DNA of 64,000 nt from assembly GCA_963764625.1 (NCBI GenBank), contig CAVXTH010000006.1, forward strand, positions 576,001 to 640,000, read 5' to 3'. This DNA comes from Candidatus Krumholzibacteriota bacterium (GTDB taxonomy: Bacteria > Krumholzibacteriota > Krumholzibacteriia > JAJRXK01). The translations under genes were made by a program, and so were the position numbers. Position 1 is the first letter of the stretch. Each line of letters starts with the position of its first letter. Positions 1 through 9,327 of this stretch are shown here, piece after piece. The notes beneath the pieces were generated by a model. The model made no database searches. It was not told the DNA's origin and was given only the letters and a program-made list of their open reading frames with translations.

Positions 1-2
1 AT

Positions 3-341
3 GGCCGGGTTCCCGCGGTCGAGGTCATGGTGAACACGACCACGATCGCCGAGTACATCAGCGATCCGGAAAAGACCCACATGATCTCCGACGCGATTTC
101 CGAAGGCTACGTGGCCTACCAGATGCAGACCTTCGATCAATCGCTGATGGCACTGTTCAAGAGGGGTCTCATCACTCTCGACGAGGCCATGAGGGCGTCC
201 AGCAACCCGCACGAGTTCAGTCTTCGCGTCAAGGGGATCCACAGTGGCAGTGACGCCAAGTGGGATCGCTTCGAGCAGGCCGGCAACGAGAGTGAAAGTC
301 CCAACGTCACCGGTTCCACCGAGGACTTCGTGAAGCTCTAG
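3..341 (+). CDS. Type IV pilus retraction ATPase PilT/PilU family, 3' end (5'-truncated by window)
   Basis: Frame open from base 3: [12 protein letters not shown]...MQTFDQSL...A..NP, the conserved PilT/PilU C-terminal signature; TAG at 339-341. Confidence 0.85.
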   Translation, partial: GRVPAVEVMVNTTTIAEYISDPEKTHMISDAISEGYVAYQMQTFDQSLMALFKRGLITLDEAMRASSNPHEFSLRVKGIHSGSDAKWDRFEQAGNESESPNVTGSTEDFVKL

Positions 342-378
342 ACCCGTGTCGAAAACCACACTTGGGGCCGGTCCCGGT

Positions 379-401
379 GGCGGATGCCTCCGGGACTTGC
401 C
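379..401 (-). repeat. Degenerate copy of a 22-23 bp palindromic intergenic repeat
   Basis: Minus strand reads GGCAAGTCCCGGAGGCATCCGCC. It aligns to the copies at 21549-21570 and 30762-30783 with one extra base and a few substitutions. Confidence 0.5.
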
Positions 402-425
402 GTATTCCAGAAGTTCGTCCATTCT
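397..425 (+). promoter_or_regulatory. Candidate sigma70 promoter for the accC operon
   Basis: TTGCCG-N17-CATTCT, 65 bp upstream of the accC ATG. Confidence 0.35.
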
Positions 426-490
426 CAGGAGCATGTTCTCAGCCTGAGGTGACCCTGCGTGGGCCGTGTCGAGCAGCCGGGGAGTGCTTA

Positions 491-1864
491 ATGATCGAAA
501 AGGTTCTCGTGGCGAATCGGGGGGAGATCGCCCTGCGCGTGATGCGTGCCTGCCGCGAGCTGGGAATCAAATGCGTTGCGGTCCATTCGAGCGTCGATGC
601 GGATTCACTCCACGTGAAGTTCGCCGACGAATCGGTATGCATCGGAGGGCACCTCGCTTCCGAGAGCTACCTCAACATTCCCAGAATCATGGCCGCGGCC
701 GAGATCACGGGTGCAGACGCGGTACATCCCGGGTACGGATTCTTGGCCGAGAACGCGGAGTTCGCCGAGATCGTTCGTTCCTGTGAGCTGGTGTGGATCG
801 GACCCTCCCCCGAGGTCATCGCGCGCATGGGCGACAAAAACGCAGCGCGCGAGGCGGCACGGTTGGCCGGGGTTTCGGTTGTGCCCGGTTCCAAGGGACT
901 CGTTGCCGATGCCGACGAAGCGGCGAGAGTGGCCGAGAGTATCGGCTATCCCGTCATGCTCAAGGCGGTGGCCGGCGGCGGTGGCAAGGGGATGCGCCCT
1001 GCCATGGACGAAGATCAACTGCGCAAGGCGTTCGTGACCGCCGCCACCGAAGCGGCCACCGCGTTCAAGAACGGCGACCTCTATTTGGAAAAACTGGTCC
1101 TGAGACCCCGGCACATCGAGATCCAAATTCTGGGGGACAACCAGGGCAATCTCCTGCATCTGGGAGAACGCGACTGTTCCATTCAGCGCCGCCACCAGAA
1201 GCTCATGGAGGAAGCTCCCTCTCCCGCGGTCGACGATGCGCTGCGGGCCCGCATGGGCGAAGCGGCACTGCGACTCTCGCGACAGGTAGACTACGTTTCG
1301 GCGGGAACCATCGAGTTCCTTCTCGACGCCTCGGGCAAATTTTACTTCATGGAAATGAACACCCGGATCCAGGTCGAGCACCCGGTGACGGAGATGGTCA
1401 CGGGCCTGGACATCGTGAAGGAGCAGATTCGCATTGCGGCGGGTGAGGAACTGCGCCACAAGCAAGAGGACATCGTCATCCGCGGTCACGCCATCGAATG
1501 TCGCATCAACGCCGAGGATCCGTCGCGGAATTTCGCGCCCGCGCCGGGAAAGATCATGACTTTCCATCCTCCGGGAGGGCCCGGCGTCCGTCTGGATACC
1601 CACATCTACGCCGACTTCGTGGTCAGCCCGCACTACGACTCGCTCCTGGCCAAGCTCATCTGCCACGGCCAGGACCGCAAGGAGGCGATCGCGCGCATGC
1701 ATCGCGCTCTGAGCGAGATGGTGATCGAGGGCACTGCGACCACCATTCCCTTCCATCTGCAGGTTCTCGCCGACCCCATCTTCCAGAGGGGCGAAGCTAC
1801 AACGGCTTACCTCGAGGACCGCATGCAGAGCCTGAAGGAGTCCCTGGAACTCAGCGAGGCGTGA
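491..1864 (+). CDS. accC: Acetyl-CoA carboxylase biotin carboxylase subunit
   Basis: [66 protein letters not shown]; GGAG RBS before ATG 491. Confidence 0.96.
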   Translation: MIEKVLVANRGEIALRVMRACRELGIKCVAVHSSVDADSLHVKFADESVCIGGHLASESYLNIPRIMAAAEITGADAVHPGYGFLAENAEFAEIVRSCELVWIGPSPEVIARMGDKNAAREAARLAGVSVVPGSKGLVADADEAARVAESIGYPVMLKAVAGGGGKGMRPAMDEDQLRKAFVTAATEAATAFKNGDLYLEKLVLRPRHIEIQILGDNQGNLLHLGERDCSIQRRHQKLMEEAPSPAVDDALRARMGEAALRLSRQVDYVSAGTIEFLLDASGKFYFMEMNTRIQVEHPVTEMVTGLDIVKEQIRIAAGEELRHKQEDIVIRGHAIECRINAEDPSRNFAPAPGKIMTFHPPGGPGVRLDTHIYADFVVSPHYDSLLAKLICHGQDRKEAIARMHRALSEMVIEGTATTIPFHLQVLADPIFQRGEATTAYLEDRMQSLKESLELSEA

Positions 1865-1867
1865 TTC

Positions 1868-2518
1868 GTGGGGCATCCCTTCCTGCCACGGCTCTTGGGG
1901 CCGCAGGTTCTCCTCTATGCCATCCTGGACGCGGGCCTGTGCGAGGCGACAGCGCTAGTGGAAACCGGCACAGCGCTGCTCGAGGCGGGGGTCGACCTGC
2001 TGCAGCTGCGCGGCAAGGAACTCTCCGCGCGTGAGCTCCTCGAAGTGTCGCGCCAACTCCTGCCGCGTTGCCGCGAGGCCCAAGTTCCCTTCCTCGTGAA
2101 TGATCGGCTCGACGTGGCGCTCGCCGCGGGGGCCGATGGGGTGCATCTGGGGCAGGCGGACCTTCCGCTCGCCGCTGCGCGAGAACTGATGGGATCCGAG
2201 CTCATCCTCGGCGGTTCCACCCACGATCTGGCCGAGATCCGGGAGGCCGAGGCGGTGGCGGATTATCTGGGCTTCGGAGCCCTATTTCCCACGAATACGC
2301 GCCCAGACAGCCGGATCCGCGGTCCGCAAGCGTTGACCGAGGCAGTGGCGGCCACTACACTGCCGGTGTTCGCGATCGGAGGGATCGAGGTGGAGAACCT
2401 CGGACAATTGAAGGGCTGTGGGATGACGGGAATCGCCGTTGCCTCGGCTCTTCTGCGGGGCCCCTCGCGCCGTGAGGCGGTCGAACGCCTGCGGCGGGCC
2501 CTTCAAACCCTTGGCTGA
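1868..2518 (+). CDS. thiE: Thiamine-phosphate synthase
   Basis: QLRGK, VNDRLDVALAAGADGVHLGQ, GGSTHD, FPTNT, FAIGGI motifs. Confidence 0.9.
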   Translation: MGHPFLPRLLGPQVLLYAILDAGLCEATALVETGTALLEAGVDLLQLRGKELSARELLEVSRQLLPRCREAQVPFLVNDRLDVALAAGADGVHLGQADLPLAAARELMGSELILGGSTHDLAEIREAEAVADYLGFGALFPTNTRPDSRIRGPQALTEAVAATTLPVFAIGGIEVENLGQLKGCGMTGIAVASALLRGPSRREAVERLRRALQTLG

Positions 2519-2538
2519 CCTTCTCCCCGGCGGCATCT

Positions 2539-4953
2539 GTGAAGAAGAGCAATCTAACGCTGGCCAAGGTCCTGCTTTCGGGCCTGTTGAGTCTCTTTCT
2601 CGCGGTGTCCTGCTTCGTGGCTCGTCCCGGTGTGCCCGCCAGCTTTGGCGCCGCGCTCCGGGTCGCGACGAGTCCGCAGGCGAGCGTGGTGGGACCGGTC
2701 GGCGAGATCCTAGCGGGGGTGGCCGCCTGGTCCCTGGGACCCTGGTTCCGCTGGTTACTGGTCCTGCTGCCCTGGGTGTGGGTCCCGTTTCAACGAGGCA
2801 AGGTCAAGGACCGGCGGCTGGCGCGGGGTCGTGCGGCCCTCGTCGCCTTGGTCGTGGGACTGGCTCTGATGCTCCTGGGGCATCCCGTCCTCGGGCGTGC
2901 CGGGGTGCCGGCCCGCGCCGGGGGCATCATCGGCAGCTGGCTGCATCACCTCGTCGATTCCGTGCTGGGATCTCTGGGAGCGTTTCTCGTCCCGGCCGGC
3001 CTTCTCGCCTTCCTCTTGATTCGGATTCTGCCCCCTCTGCGGGTGGAACTCCCTTTCCTGGACCGAATTCAGGGGGCACTGGACGCGACGGGTGCCTTGC
3101 TCGTGGCCGCCTGGAGAGCCATCGGAGAGCTCGCGCGGCTGCCTTGGATCGCCGTGTCGGACATGGTCGAACGCTGGCGGCAACGCAGGCAAGAGGCGCG
3201 GGCCCGGCGAAGCTCGGAAACCCGCCACGGCAAGCCCCACATCGTCTCTTTCCATCCGAGTGCCCACGAGGCCTCGGCCGCGCCCAACGCCCGTTCTGGA
3301 ATGGAGGAGGAAGGCGAGCATTCCGCCTCACGCGTAGAGGAGAGTGCTGCGGCGGAACGTGAGCTCGAGGAAGCGGTGGCGAACATGGCGCGCGCGGCCA
3401 ACGCCGTGGACGACTTTGCGGAGGAGGAGGAGAACCTCGACTTCTCGCTGAGTCGAGATCCCAGTGAATTGACGCAAGAGGAGCAACGGGCCCGACGGCG
3501 TCGCCTCCGCCGCGGCGCTTATCCTCTGCCTCCCCTGGAAACGCTGGACGATGTACCCAAGGAGAGCCGCGGATTCTCGCGTGAAGCTCTGCAGATGAAC
3601 GCGCAGCTGCTCATGGATACTCTAGCCAGTTTCGGGATCGAGGGCCGCATCAACGAGATCCGCCCCGGTCCGGTCGTGACCACCTTCGAGTTCGAGCCCG
3701 ATCGGGGCGTCAGGGTGAGCCAGATCACCAGCCGCGCCGACGACATTGCGCTGGCGATGCGCGCCGTTCGCATTCGAATCGAAGCCCCGATCCCGGGCAA
3801 GGCGGCGGTGGGTATCGAAGTTCCCAATCCCTTCCCGCAGACGGTGACGCTCAAGGAAGTGCTGGGCAGTCTCGAAGGCGACGAGAGCCTGCCGGCGTTG
3901 ACTGTCGGGTTGGGAAAGGATACCGAGGGAAATCCGGTCAGCGCGAACCTGGCCGAGATGCCGCACCTACTGGTTGCGGGTGCGACTGGAAGCGGGAAGA
4001 GCGTCTGTCTCAATTCGCTGATCTGCAGCCTCTTGTTACGCAACGGTCCCGACCAGGTTCGGCTATTGCTGATCGATCCGAAGATGCTGGAGCTCTCCAC
4101 CTACAACGGAATTCCGCACCTCCTGCACCCAGTCATCACCGATTCCAAGGAAGCGCTGAAGGCGCTGAAGCTCATGGTGGTCGAGATGACGGTGCGGTAC
4201 AACAATTTGGCCAAGCATGGCGTGCGGAACATCCTCGAGTACAACACGAAAGTGAAGGCGGGGAAGGTCAAGGATGCGCAGGGCCAACGCGTCGAAGAAG
4301 CGATGAACTACATCGTGATCATCGTCGACGAACTTGCCGACCTCATGATGCTGCTGGGTTCGGAACTCGAGACTCCCGTCGCGCGCCTGGCCCAGATGGC
4401 GCGTGCGGTGGGGATTCATCTGGTTCTGGCCACACAGCGTCCGTCGGTGAACGTGATCACCGGGGTGATCAAGGCCAACTTTCCCTCGCGCATCGGATTC
4501 AGGGTCATCTCCAAAGTGGACAGCCGGACCATTCTCGATGTGATGGGTGCGGAGGCTCTGCTCGGAAAGGGCGACAGTCTTTTCATCATGGGCGGGATGT
4601 CGCAGCCCAGGCGCGTGCATGGGGCGTTTCTGAGCACCGAGGAGTGCGAACGAATCACCGAGCACTGGATCCCCCTGACCGAAGAAGTGGCCAAGCTCGA
4701 CCTCATGGATGCCGACTCGGTCAGGAGCGCCCTCGACCTGGGCGAGGACGACCTTCTCGAGGACGCCCGACGCATCGTGGTCATCGCGCAGAGCGGCTCG
4801 ACCAGCATGTTGCAGAGAAAACTACGGGTGGGGTACACGCGCGCCGCGAGGCTCATGGACATGCTCGAGGAGTTGGGAGTGGTTGGGCCGTTCGAGGGTT
4901 CGAAGGCCCGTGAAGTTCTCGTGACTCCTGAGGAATTCGAGGCGGAGGGATGA
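2539..4953 (+). CDS. ftsK: DNA translocase FtsK
   Basis: N-terminal TM helices, PHLLVAGATGSGKS, IIVDELADLM, LATQRPSV, C-terminal gamma domain LQRKLRVGYTRAARLMD. Confidence 0.96.
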   Translation: MKKSNLTLAKVLLSGLLSLFLAVSCFVARPGVPASFGAALRVATSPQASVVGPVGEILAGVAAWSLGPWFRWLLVLLPWVWVPFQRGKVKDRRLARGRAALVALVVGLALMLLGHPVLGRAGVPARAGGIIGSWLHHLVDSVLGSLGAFLVPAGLLAFLLIRILPPLRVELPFLDRIQGALDATGALLVAAWRAIGELARLPWIAVSDMVERWRQRRQEARARRSSETRHGKPHIVSFHPSAHEASAAPNARSGMEEEGEHSASRVEESAAAERELEEAVANMARAANAVDDFAEEEENLDFSLSRDPSELTQEEQRARRRRLRRGAYPLPPLETLDDVPKESRGFSREALQMNAQLLMDTLASFGIEGRINEIRPGPVVTTFEFEPDRGVRVSQITSRADDIALAMRAVRIRIEAPIPGKAAVGIEVPNPFPQTVTLKEVLGSLEGDESLPALTVGLGKDTEGNPVSANLAEMPHLLVAGATGSGKSVCLNSLICSLLLRNGPDQVRLLLIDPKMLELSTYNGIPHLLHPVITDSKEALKALKLMVVEMTVRYNNLAKHGVRNILEYNTKVKAGKVKDAQGQRVEEAMNYIVIIVDELADLMMLLGSELETPVARLAQMARAVGIHLVLATQRPSVNVITGVIKANFPSRIGFRVISKVDSRTILDVMGAEALLGKGDSLFIMGGMSQPRRVHGAFLSTEECERITEHWIPLTEEVAKLDLMDADSVRSALDLGEDDLLEDARRIVVIAQSGSTSMLQRKLRVGYTRAARLMDMLEELGVVGPFEGSKAREVLVTPEEFEAEG

Positions 4954-6347
4954 TCTCGAATCCGCGCGTCTATCTCGAAACCCTGGGTTGCGAAAAGAAT
5001 CTCGTCGATTCGCAGGCCGCGATGGGCCTCTTGCTGCAGCAGGGATTCCGCGCGGTGGAGCGCCCGGAAGAGGCCGAGTTGGTGGTACTCAACACCTGCG
5101 GATTTCTCGCGGCGGCCCGTGACGAATCGATGGACCGCATCCGCGAGCTCGCCGAGCTCAAGGGAGAGGCAAAATTCGTGGTCATGGGGTGCTTCGTTCA
5201 AGGGCAGACTCATCCCATCCAATCGCTCGTGCCCCAAGTCGATCACGTCCTGGGAGTCGGGCAGTACGAGAAGCTCGCGGGGCTCCTTCACGCGAGCGCA
5301 AGAGACTCCGTTCTGGCTCTGCCCGAAGAGGCACCCTACGCCGGCTACGGGGTGAGGAGTCTGGGCAAGCTTCGACACGTCGCGCACATCAAGATCGCCG
5401 AGGGCTGCAATCAGTCGTGTTCCTTTTGCAAGATTCCCTTTCTCAGGGGACGGCAGCGCAGCCGCCCCGTGGAAGATATCGTGGAGGAAGCACGAGCGCT
5501 GGTGAGGGACGGAGTCCGGGAACTCATCCTGATCGCGCAGAACACTTCGGCCTACGGAGTGGATTTGCCGCACAAGCCGCGTTTGGGCGAATTGTGCCGG
5601 GCGCTGGCCGAGCTCGACGAAGTGCGCTGGATTCGCATCATGTACGCGTTTCCCGCGATGTTCACCGATCAGCTCATGCACGAAGTGTACGAAGTCGAGA
5701 AAGTCGTATCCTATCTCGACATTCCCATTCAGCACGCGAGCCCGCGTATCCTGAAGGCCATGGGCCGAGGCTACGATCCATCGCGCCTGCGCCGGCAGAT
5801 CGAGACCCTTCGGAGCCTGCGCCCTGAGATCATGCTCCGGACGACGGCGCTGCTCGGGTTTCCCGGGGAGGAAGAGGAAGACGTGGTCGAGTTGCTTGAT
5901 TTTCTGGCCGAGCTGAGCTTCGATCACCTGGTTAGCTTTGCCTACAGTCACGAGGAACAGACGCCCGCTTTCGCGCTGGTGGATGAAGTCGATCCCGCGG
6001 AAAAGGAGGATCGCCGGGCGCGGGTGGAGGATTTGGGTTGGGACCTGGCTTTGGAACGCAAGAGAAGGCTCTTGGGTAGAAGACTGACGGTCGTGGTGGA
6101 CGAGGTCTTCAAGAACTCAGCCGAAGCTGAATTGAGCGCGCTTCCGCTGGAAGTCGGCGCAGAGTTTCGGCCCGATCAGCCGGTGGCATTCGCGCGGAGC
6201 GAGGGATTCTGCGAAGGGATCGATGGAGGAATCTGGCTCGCAGGTGATGGAATCTCGGCCGGGCAGATGGTCGAAGTCGTTCCCGAGTCGTGTGGTCCTT
6301 TCGATCTGTGGGCACGAGCGGAACCGAACCCCGGGGGATTGGCATGA
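4950..6347 (+). CDS. rimO: Ribosomal protein S12 methylthiotransferase
   Basis: LGCEKNLVDS, NTCGF, radical SAM motif IAEGCNQSCSFCKIP, YLDIPIQH, C-terminal TRAM-like region. Confidence 0.92.
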   Translation: MISNPRVYLETLGCEKNLVDSQAAMGLLLQQGFRAVERPEEAELVVLNTCGFLAAARDESMDRIRELAELKGEAKFVVMGCFVQGQTHPIQSLVPQVDHVLGVGQYEKLAGLLHASARDSVLALPEEAPYAGYGVRSLGKLRHVAHIKIAEGCNQSCSFCKIPFLRGRQRSRPVEDIVEEARALVRDGVRELILIAQNTSAYGVDLPHKPRLGELCRALAELDEVRWIRIMYAFPAMFTDQLMHEVYEVEKVVSYLDIPIQHASPRILKAMGRGYDPSRLRRQIETLRSLRPEIMLRTTALLGFPGEEEEDVVELLDFLAELSFDHLVSFAYSHEEQTPAFALVDEVDPAEKEDRRARVEDLGWDLALERKRRLLGRRLTVVVDEVFKNSAEAELSALPLEVGAEFRPDQPVAFARSEGFCEGIDGGIWLAGDGISAGQMVEVVPESCGPFDLWARAEPNPGGLA

Positions 6348-6997
6348 GGACGGCAAATCGGATTATTCTGTCCCTGGCGCTCGCGCTCTGCTTGTGGGCG
6401 AGTGAGAGTCAGGCTTCCCCGCCTCTCTCCAACCAAGAGATCCTGGCCAAGGCGACCGCGGATTTGAGCCAGCAGATTCAGAAGATCCTGACGGCACAGG
6501 CGAACGACTCGCTGAAGATCGCACTCCGCGCTACCGTGGACTCCGACTTCAATCAGTCCTTCCAAGACGCGCTGGCGCCGGCTCTTTTGGATCGAGGATG
6601 GGACGTGTGGATTCTCAAGCAAAATCAAGAGCCACAGGCCGGCACCCTGCTGCTGGAATACAAACTCCTTCAGGCTTCGCTGAGCTACCCCTCGCAGGAC
6701 CACGGCTTCCTCGGCCTGGGGACGCCCACCGTAAAGAGGGTCGTCGATCTGGGAATCGAAGGCCGGCTCGAGTCCCCCGAGGATGGACGATTGTTCTGGC
6801 AAGGTCAGCCCTCGAGCCACTTCTCCGACCGGATCGCCCTCAGCGACATGCAATCGGCTCAGACGGGACAGCCCACTTGGCTGAAAACTCCCAAGACAGA
6901 TACCCAGACCGCCACCCACGCCGGCTTCCTCGAGAAACTGACCATCGCCGGTCTGGTGGGAGCCGTGGTCGCCCTCTACATCTCTGGAGCTCAATGA
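6344..6997 (+). CDS. Hypothetical exported protein with C-terminal hydrophobic anchor
   Basis: ATGA overlap with rimO stop; signal peptide MRTANRIILSLALALCLWASESQA; C-terminal LTIAGLVGAVVALYIS. Confidence 0.7.
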   Translation: MRTANRIILSLALALCLWASESQASPPLSNQEILAKATADLSQQIQKILTAQANDSLKIALRATVDSDFNQSFQDALAPALLDRGWDVWILKQNQEPQAGTLLLEYKLLQASLSYPSQDHGFLGLGTPTVKRVVDLGIEGRLESPEDGRLFWQGQPSSHFSDRIALSDMQSAQTGQPTWLKTPKTDTQTATHAGFLEKLTIAGLVGAVVALYISGAQ

Positions 6998-7941
6998 CCA
7001 TGCAGTCTTTTCGAATGCGAATCGCCAAAGTGCCTCTCCTCGCGCTTCTCGTCTTCACCGTCTTCGCGTGCGGGAAAAGCCCTACCCAGGACCGCGATGG
7101 GGAATTGCACGCTCTCGCGGAGAAGCAGAATTGGAAGGAGATCCAGGCGAGAGTCGAGATGTACCAGAAGAACGGCGAGCACGGCGCGATCCTGGACTAC
7201 TGGAGGGGAGTGGCTTGCCTCCAACAAGACGAGGACGTTCCCGCGCAGCGATGGCTGGATCAGGCCGTCGCGGCTGATTCGAGCCTGGCCTTCAAGGTGG
7301 CCGATCAGTATCGCGTCGCCGCCGAGAGGGACGTGAATAACGAGTGGAACGGTCGAGGAGGGCATCGGCTCATGCGGGCCTATCTCTTGGACCACAAGCC
7401 CGAGATGGGGAAGCTCGAAGTCGACGTGGCCAAGCTTCTCTTCGACGGAAAGAAATTCAAAGAAGCGATACCGGTGCTGCAGGATCTTCTGGACCGGCGG
7501 GGGGAAAGCGTAATCTCGAAGCAGCGTTGGAGATATCTGCTCGGCCGCAGCTATGAAGAATGCGGACTCACCGAGGCCGGTCTCGCGGAATATCGGAAGT
7601 ACTGGGCCGACTGGGGGGACGAACCCGAAAGTGTTTGGCGTGACCGCGTGCGCTATCGCTGCGGGGTGATTCTGCTCGCCCAGGCCAAGGATCAGAGGGA
7701 GCGCGGATTGCCGAGCGCGGCTCTCAAGTTGCTGGAGGAGCTCCGCTCGATGCACTGCGAGGTCGATCAACAGGCGGAGGCATACTACGAAGAGGGCCAG
7801 TGCTACGAAGCACTCGGGCAACCGCAGGAGGCATTGAAGAGTTATCGAAGCTGTATGGATCTTCCTCAAAACGCGGGTGGGAATGGCAGAGATGAAGCGA
7901 GGAAAAGAGTGGCTGCACTCAGGACTTCCGGTGTTCACTAG
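6994..7941 (+). CDS. TPR-repeat lipoprotein
   Basis: ATGA overlap with previous stop; lipobox VFAC; TPR-like helices (YLLGRSYEECG, AYYEEGQCYEALGQPQEALKSY). Confidence 0.75.
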   Translation: MTMQSFRMRIAKVPLLALLVFTVFACGKSPTQDRDGELHALAEKQNWKEIQARVEMYQKNGEHGAILDYWRGVACLQQDEDVPAQRWLDQAVAADSSLAFKVADQYRVAAERDVNNEWNGRGGHRLMRAYLLDHKPEMGKLEVDVAKLLFDGKKFKEAIPVLQDLLDRRGESVISKQRWRYLLGRSYEECGLTEAGLAEYRKYWADWGDEPESVWRDRVRYRCGVILLAQAKDQRERGLPSAALKLLEELRSMHCEVDQQAEAYYEEGQCYEALGQPQEALKSYRSCMDLPQNAGGNGRDEARKRVAALRTSGVH

Positions 7942-8704
7942 TTGGCCAACTCGCCTTCTCCTTTTCATGGTGGGACTGCTGCTCGTGAGCGGTCTCGGCT
8001 GCAGCCACCCATGGAACTCATTTCCCGAAGGCAGCTACGAGCGCGGCAAGTCCGAGGCGGAGGGGGGATCGCCGCTCGCCGCCATCGACGACCTGAAGCT
8101 TTTCATACGGAGAAATCCACAGGATCCACTCGCCGACGACGCGCAGTTCCTCGTGGGGCAATCCTACATGGAAACCGAGGACTATCCGGTGGCGGCGGTC
8201 GAGTTCGAGATCATGCAAGTCGACTATCCGAGCAGTGAGCTCGCTGACGACGCAGCCTACCTGGAAGCGCTGGCGTACGTGAAACAGGTCCCCGACTACC
8301 GCCTCGATCAGACGATCACCAAGAAGGCGATGGACAAACTCGAGCACTACCTCAAGACCTACAAGTCCGGAAAGCACCTGTCGGAGGCGCGCGACGAACT
8401 GGGGCAACTGCAGGCCAATCTCGATCGGAAGCACTTCGATTCGGCGGCGTTCTACAAGCGCCGTGGCCGGCTTGCCGCGGCGGATCAAGTGCTGGAGAAC
8501 ATTCTCAACGAAAGCCCGAACTCCCGTCTGCGTCCGAAGATCTTGATGATGAAAGGCGAGACGGACTTCGAGTTGAAGAAATTCGATAAGGCCGCCGTCG
8601 CGCTTCGCGAACTCATCGATCGCTGGCCCGATCACCAGGACAAGGGGAGGGCGGAGAAGCTCCTGAAGAAGGTGGAGAAGGCGGCGAAGGGAGATGCCTC
8701 ATGA
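7877..8704 (+). CDS. bamD: Outer membrane protein assembly factor BamD (start uncertain: 7877, 7892 or 7967)
   Basis: Lipobox GLGC; ADDAQFLVGQSY, YPSSELADDAAY, PDYRLDQTITKKA, AAFYKRRG, typical of BamD/YfiO. Confidence 0.82.
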   Translation: MGMAEMKRGKEWLHSGLPVFTSWPTRLLLFMVGLLLVSGLGCSHPWNSFPEGSYERGKSEAEGGSPLAAIDDLKLFIRRNPQDPLADDAQFLVGQSYMETEDYPVAAVEFEIMQVDYPSSELADDAAYLEALAYVKQVPDYRLDQTITKKAMDKLEHYLKTYKSGKHLSEARDELGQLQANLDRKHFDSAAFYKRRGRLAAADQVLENILNESPNSRLRPKILMMKGETDFELKKFDKAAVALRELIDRWPDHQDKGRAEKLLKKVEKAAKGDAS

Positions 8705-9327
8705 GCAGGCAGGGAATCGGCCTCTTCGGAGGGAGTTTCGATCCGGTCCACGACGCCCACTTGGAGTTGGCGCGTCGGGCGAAGAGCCAGCTCTCGCTGC
8801 GCGAGGTTTGGTTCGTTCCCGCCTGGCAACCTCCCCACAAATCCAACTATCCTCTGAGCCCGGCCGCGGATCGACTCGCGATGCTCGAGTTGGCGATACG
8901 CGGGCATCGCGGGCTGGCCATCTGCACCATCGAGATCGACCAGCAGGAAGTGGTGTATTCCGTGCAGACCGTCGACGCGCTCTCCCATACTCATCCGGGG
9001 ACGCGGTTCTATCTCCTCTTGGGCGAGGACAGTTTGCGTGAACTCCCGCGCTGGAGGGAGCCCCGGCGTCTGCTGCAGATGGCGCCGCCGGTGGTCATGC
9101 CGCGCTCGGTCGATCTGAGGCGGAGCGGAGCGTTCGGTGAGGGGGGACGGCACATGACCGCGGTCATGGGATCCTCGATCATCTGGCTTACGGGCCCGCC
9201 GCTGAATCTTTCGTCCACCGATCTTCGGGCGAGTTTGGCCCGAGGGGAACGACCCGCGGGGATGAATTCCGAGGTCATCGACTACATCGGAGAACACGGT
9301 CTCTACCGCGAGCACATCCTCCCGTGA
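8701..9327 (+). CDS. nadD: Nicotinate-nucleotide adenylyltransferase
   Basis: GLFGGSFDPVHDAH, PPHK, LLGEDSL, W, LSSTDLR motifs. Confidence 0.93.
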   Translation: MSRQGIGLFGGSFDPVHDAHLELARRAKSQLSLREVWFVPAWQPPHKSNYPLSPAADRLAMLELAIRGHRGLAICTIEIDQQEVVYSVQTVDALSHTHPGTRFYLLLGEDSLRELPRWREPRRLLQMAPPVVMPRSVDLRRSGAFGEGGRHMTAVMGSSIIWLTGPPLNLSSTDLRASLARGERPAGMNSEVIDYIGEHGLYREHILP

